Notes under the pieces: model-generated | Databases searched by the model: none | Seen by the model: only the letters and a program-made list of their open reading frames with translations | Told to the model about the DNA's origin: nothing | Shown here: in pieces, positions 61,971 through 64,000 of the stretch | Position numbering within the stretch: position 1 is the stretch's first letter | Layout of the letters: each line of letters opens with the position of its first letter | Position numbers and translations under genes: made by a program | NCBI GenBank assembly: GCA_010356995.1 | Contig: ML996705.1 | Coordinates: 62,001-126,000, forward strand | Length of the DNA stretch: 64,000 nt | DNA from: Trichodelitschia bisporula | Taxonomy: Eukaryota | Reading direction: 5' to 3'

Positions 61971-64000
61971 ATGGAGAAAGTATACGACCTTGAAGAGCGG
62001 CCTGCGAAGAAGCGCCGCTTCTTTGTTGAGGATCCGCAGTTTGATGCTGCGCTCAAAAAGGAACCTTCAGTCTCGGATGCTACGGCCAAAGAAGAGCCTT
62101 CACTCTCGGATGCTACGATCAAGGAGGAACCTTCACTCCTGGGCACTACGATCAAAGAAGAGCCTTTACTCCTGGGCGCTACGGTCAAAGAAGAGCCTTC
62201 ACTCCAGGACGAGATGGATGCAGTGCCAAAGACGGCTGCCTATGCCGAAAGACTAGCAGCTAACAGGGCAGCTTACGAGGCCTACTGCCCCAAAGATGAG
62301 GAGGCCGAGGACCGCAGAGATGCCGAATTCTTAGCATCTCTCGATTATATAGACCGCAAAGCCTCGCTCCCGCAGTTCGACATGGAGCTCTTTGCGTCCG
62401 TTACCGGCGTCGATAATCTCCCACTTGCCCAGCGGCAGCGGCTGTGGAAGGAGAGCGAACAGAACATGGAGAGGGGTAAGGACGCGCACATCTGTTTTTC
62501 GTATTCTAATAGCGACAGCCATCAACATCTACCTGGATGGTGTCTCCCGTGCGAAGTCGGAACAGCCTGCATCCAGTGCACCCAGAACCACCGCTCGGGA
62601 CCTCGACAATGGGCACCCCCCTGACCCCAACACCTCGGCCCCGCCGCGCAATATTGCACTGCGAGACGTCCCCTCAAAGCGCTACGTAGGCGCCTTCGGC
62701 GTCACAGGCTGGGCAACGCGCAGCGGGTCCAAACTCGCATTTGGAGACACCGTCCTGATCGAGCGCACCAAGCCAGCCCCCACTGCGTACCGGCCGTACA
62801 TGCGCCGATCCACCAACAACACCATCGTGCGCTTCACCAACGCCCAGGGCTCGGAGCTGGGCCGGCTGGAAGACGACTACGCGCAGTGGATCTCGTCGCT
62901 GCTGGACCAGAAGGTGTGCGAGTTTAGCGGGACCTGCATTTATGCGCCTGAGCGGCTCAAGGTTAATGATACGGTTCACCTCCAGTTGCGCGTTTATCTG
63001 TGTAGGGATACGTTTAAGGGGGCGGCGCTTAAGCCGCTGGAGTCGAATCGCGCGGTTAATTTTCATGAGTCTAGGGAGTCAGAGGAGGAGCGTGCTATAC
63101 GAATACGGCAGGTTGGACTGGTTAAGCTGTTTGATGAGATTAGCCTTATCCCTTCCCGCGCCAGCATGCAGACGGAGAAGCACAAGCGTGAGGCCTTGCT
63201 CCGCGTGGCCGAATCGTCCGACAAGCCGAACAGCTCGTCTCATGTCTCGATGGCGACGCAGACGCTGACGCAGGGAGATGTCCCGTCCAGCCCGCCTGAG
63301 CCCGAAGACGGAGAAGAGCTCAAGCAGGACCAACTCGACGCGTTGTACCGGAAGGCGCAGTCATTCGACTTCAACACGCCTGAGGCCGAGCCCGCGGATA
63401 CGTTTGCACTGGATCTGCGCAAGTACCAGAAGCAGGCGCTGCACTGGATGCTGAGCAAGGAAATGGATGAGAAGGATAGGCACCGCCAGCAGTCTATGCA
63501 TCCGCTGTGGGAGGAGTACCAGTGGCCCACTAAGGACGTGGATGGCAAGGAACTTCCCAAGGTGCCGGGACAGACGGCGTTCTACGTCAACCCGTACTCC
63601 GGTGAGCTGTCGGTCAACTTCCCAGTGCAGGACCAGAACTGTCTCGGGGGCATACTTGCCGATGAGATGGGTCTGGGTAAGACGATTGAAATGCTGAGTC
63701 TGGTGCACACGCACGCGGGCCGTCCCCATCCAGCTGCTGCTGATAACCATCCGCTGCCGAGGTATCGCCCTGATGCCATGCAAGCGCCGAACACGACTCT
63801 CGTTGTCGCGCCGATGTCGCTTATCGCGCAGTGGAAGAGCGAGGCGGAAAAGGCATCGAAAGAAGGCACGCTCGAGGTGCATCTCTACTACGGAAATTCA
63901 CGGTCGCCTAGCCTACGTGATCTGTGCAACAAGAGCACCCCGAGCGTGATCATCACCAGCTACGGCACCGTGGTCTCCGAGTACAATGCAGCGGCGTCCA
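61971..64000 (+). CDS. RAD5: DNA repair helicase/E3 ligase Rad5 (5' part; runs off window end)
   Basis: ERPAKKRRFF N-terminus, intron 62476-62518 (ER|AINIYLD), HIRAN domain (RYVGAFGVTGWATRSG...IVRFTN...ELGRL), LRKYQKQALHWM, FYVNPYSGELS, SNF2 motif I GGILADEMGLGKT, TLVVAPMSL. Confidence 0.96.
62052..62204 (+). repeat. Coding minisatellite, 33-bp unit (xKEEPSLxxxT), about 4.6 copies in the Rad5 N-terminus
   Basis: LKKEPSVSDAT-AKEEPSLSDAT-IKEEPSLLGTT-IKEEPLLLGAT-VKEEPSL. Confidence 0.92.

Overview
Eukaryotic, GC-rich DNA from a filamentous ascomycete (Pezizomycotina). Introns are short (about 41-74 nt), mostly GT-AG with CTRAC/CTAAC-type branch points. I reconstructed about 24 protein-coding genes by hand-splicing. 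They include a partial paxillin/LIM-like 5' end, INO1, a MEIOB-like OB-fold protein, an ABCC transporter, CDC48, an unannotated 3-exon small secreted Cys/Arg/Asp-rich protein, PRP19, a SIM+RING STUbL subunit, PHS1, an F-box ORF, PHB1, QCR8, a CFEM-GPI protein, translin, GPI11, a GH127 glycosidase, LAS1, NDUFAF6 and a partial RAD5. I recognised no tRNA, rRNA, CRISPR array or intact transposon. The most interesting signal is in the INO1 5' leader. Splicing a 44-nt leader intron creates a 31-codon upstream ORF that starts at a near-cognate ACG in good context and ends 45 nt before the INO1 AUG. This is a candidate inositol-responsive translational control peptide. Family assignments come from motif recognition from memory; no database searches were run.
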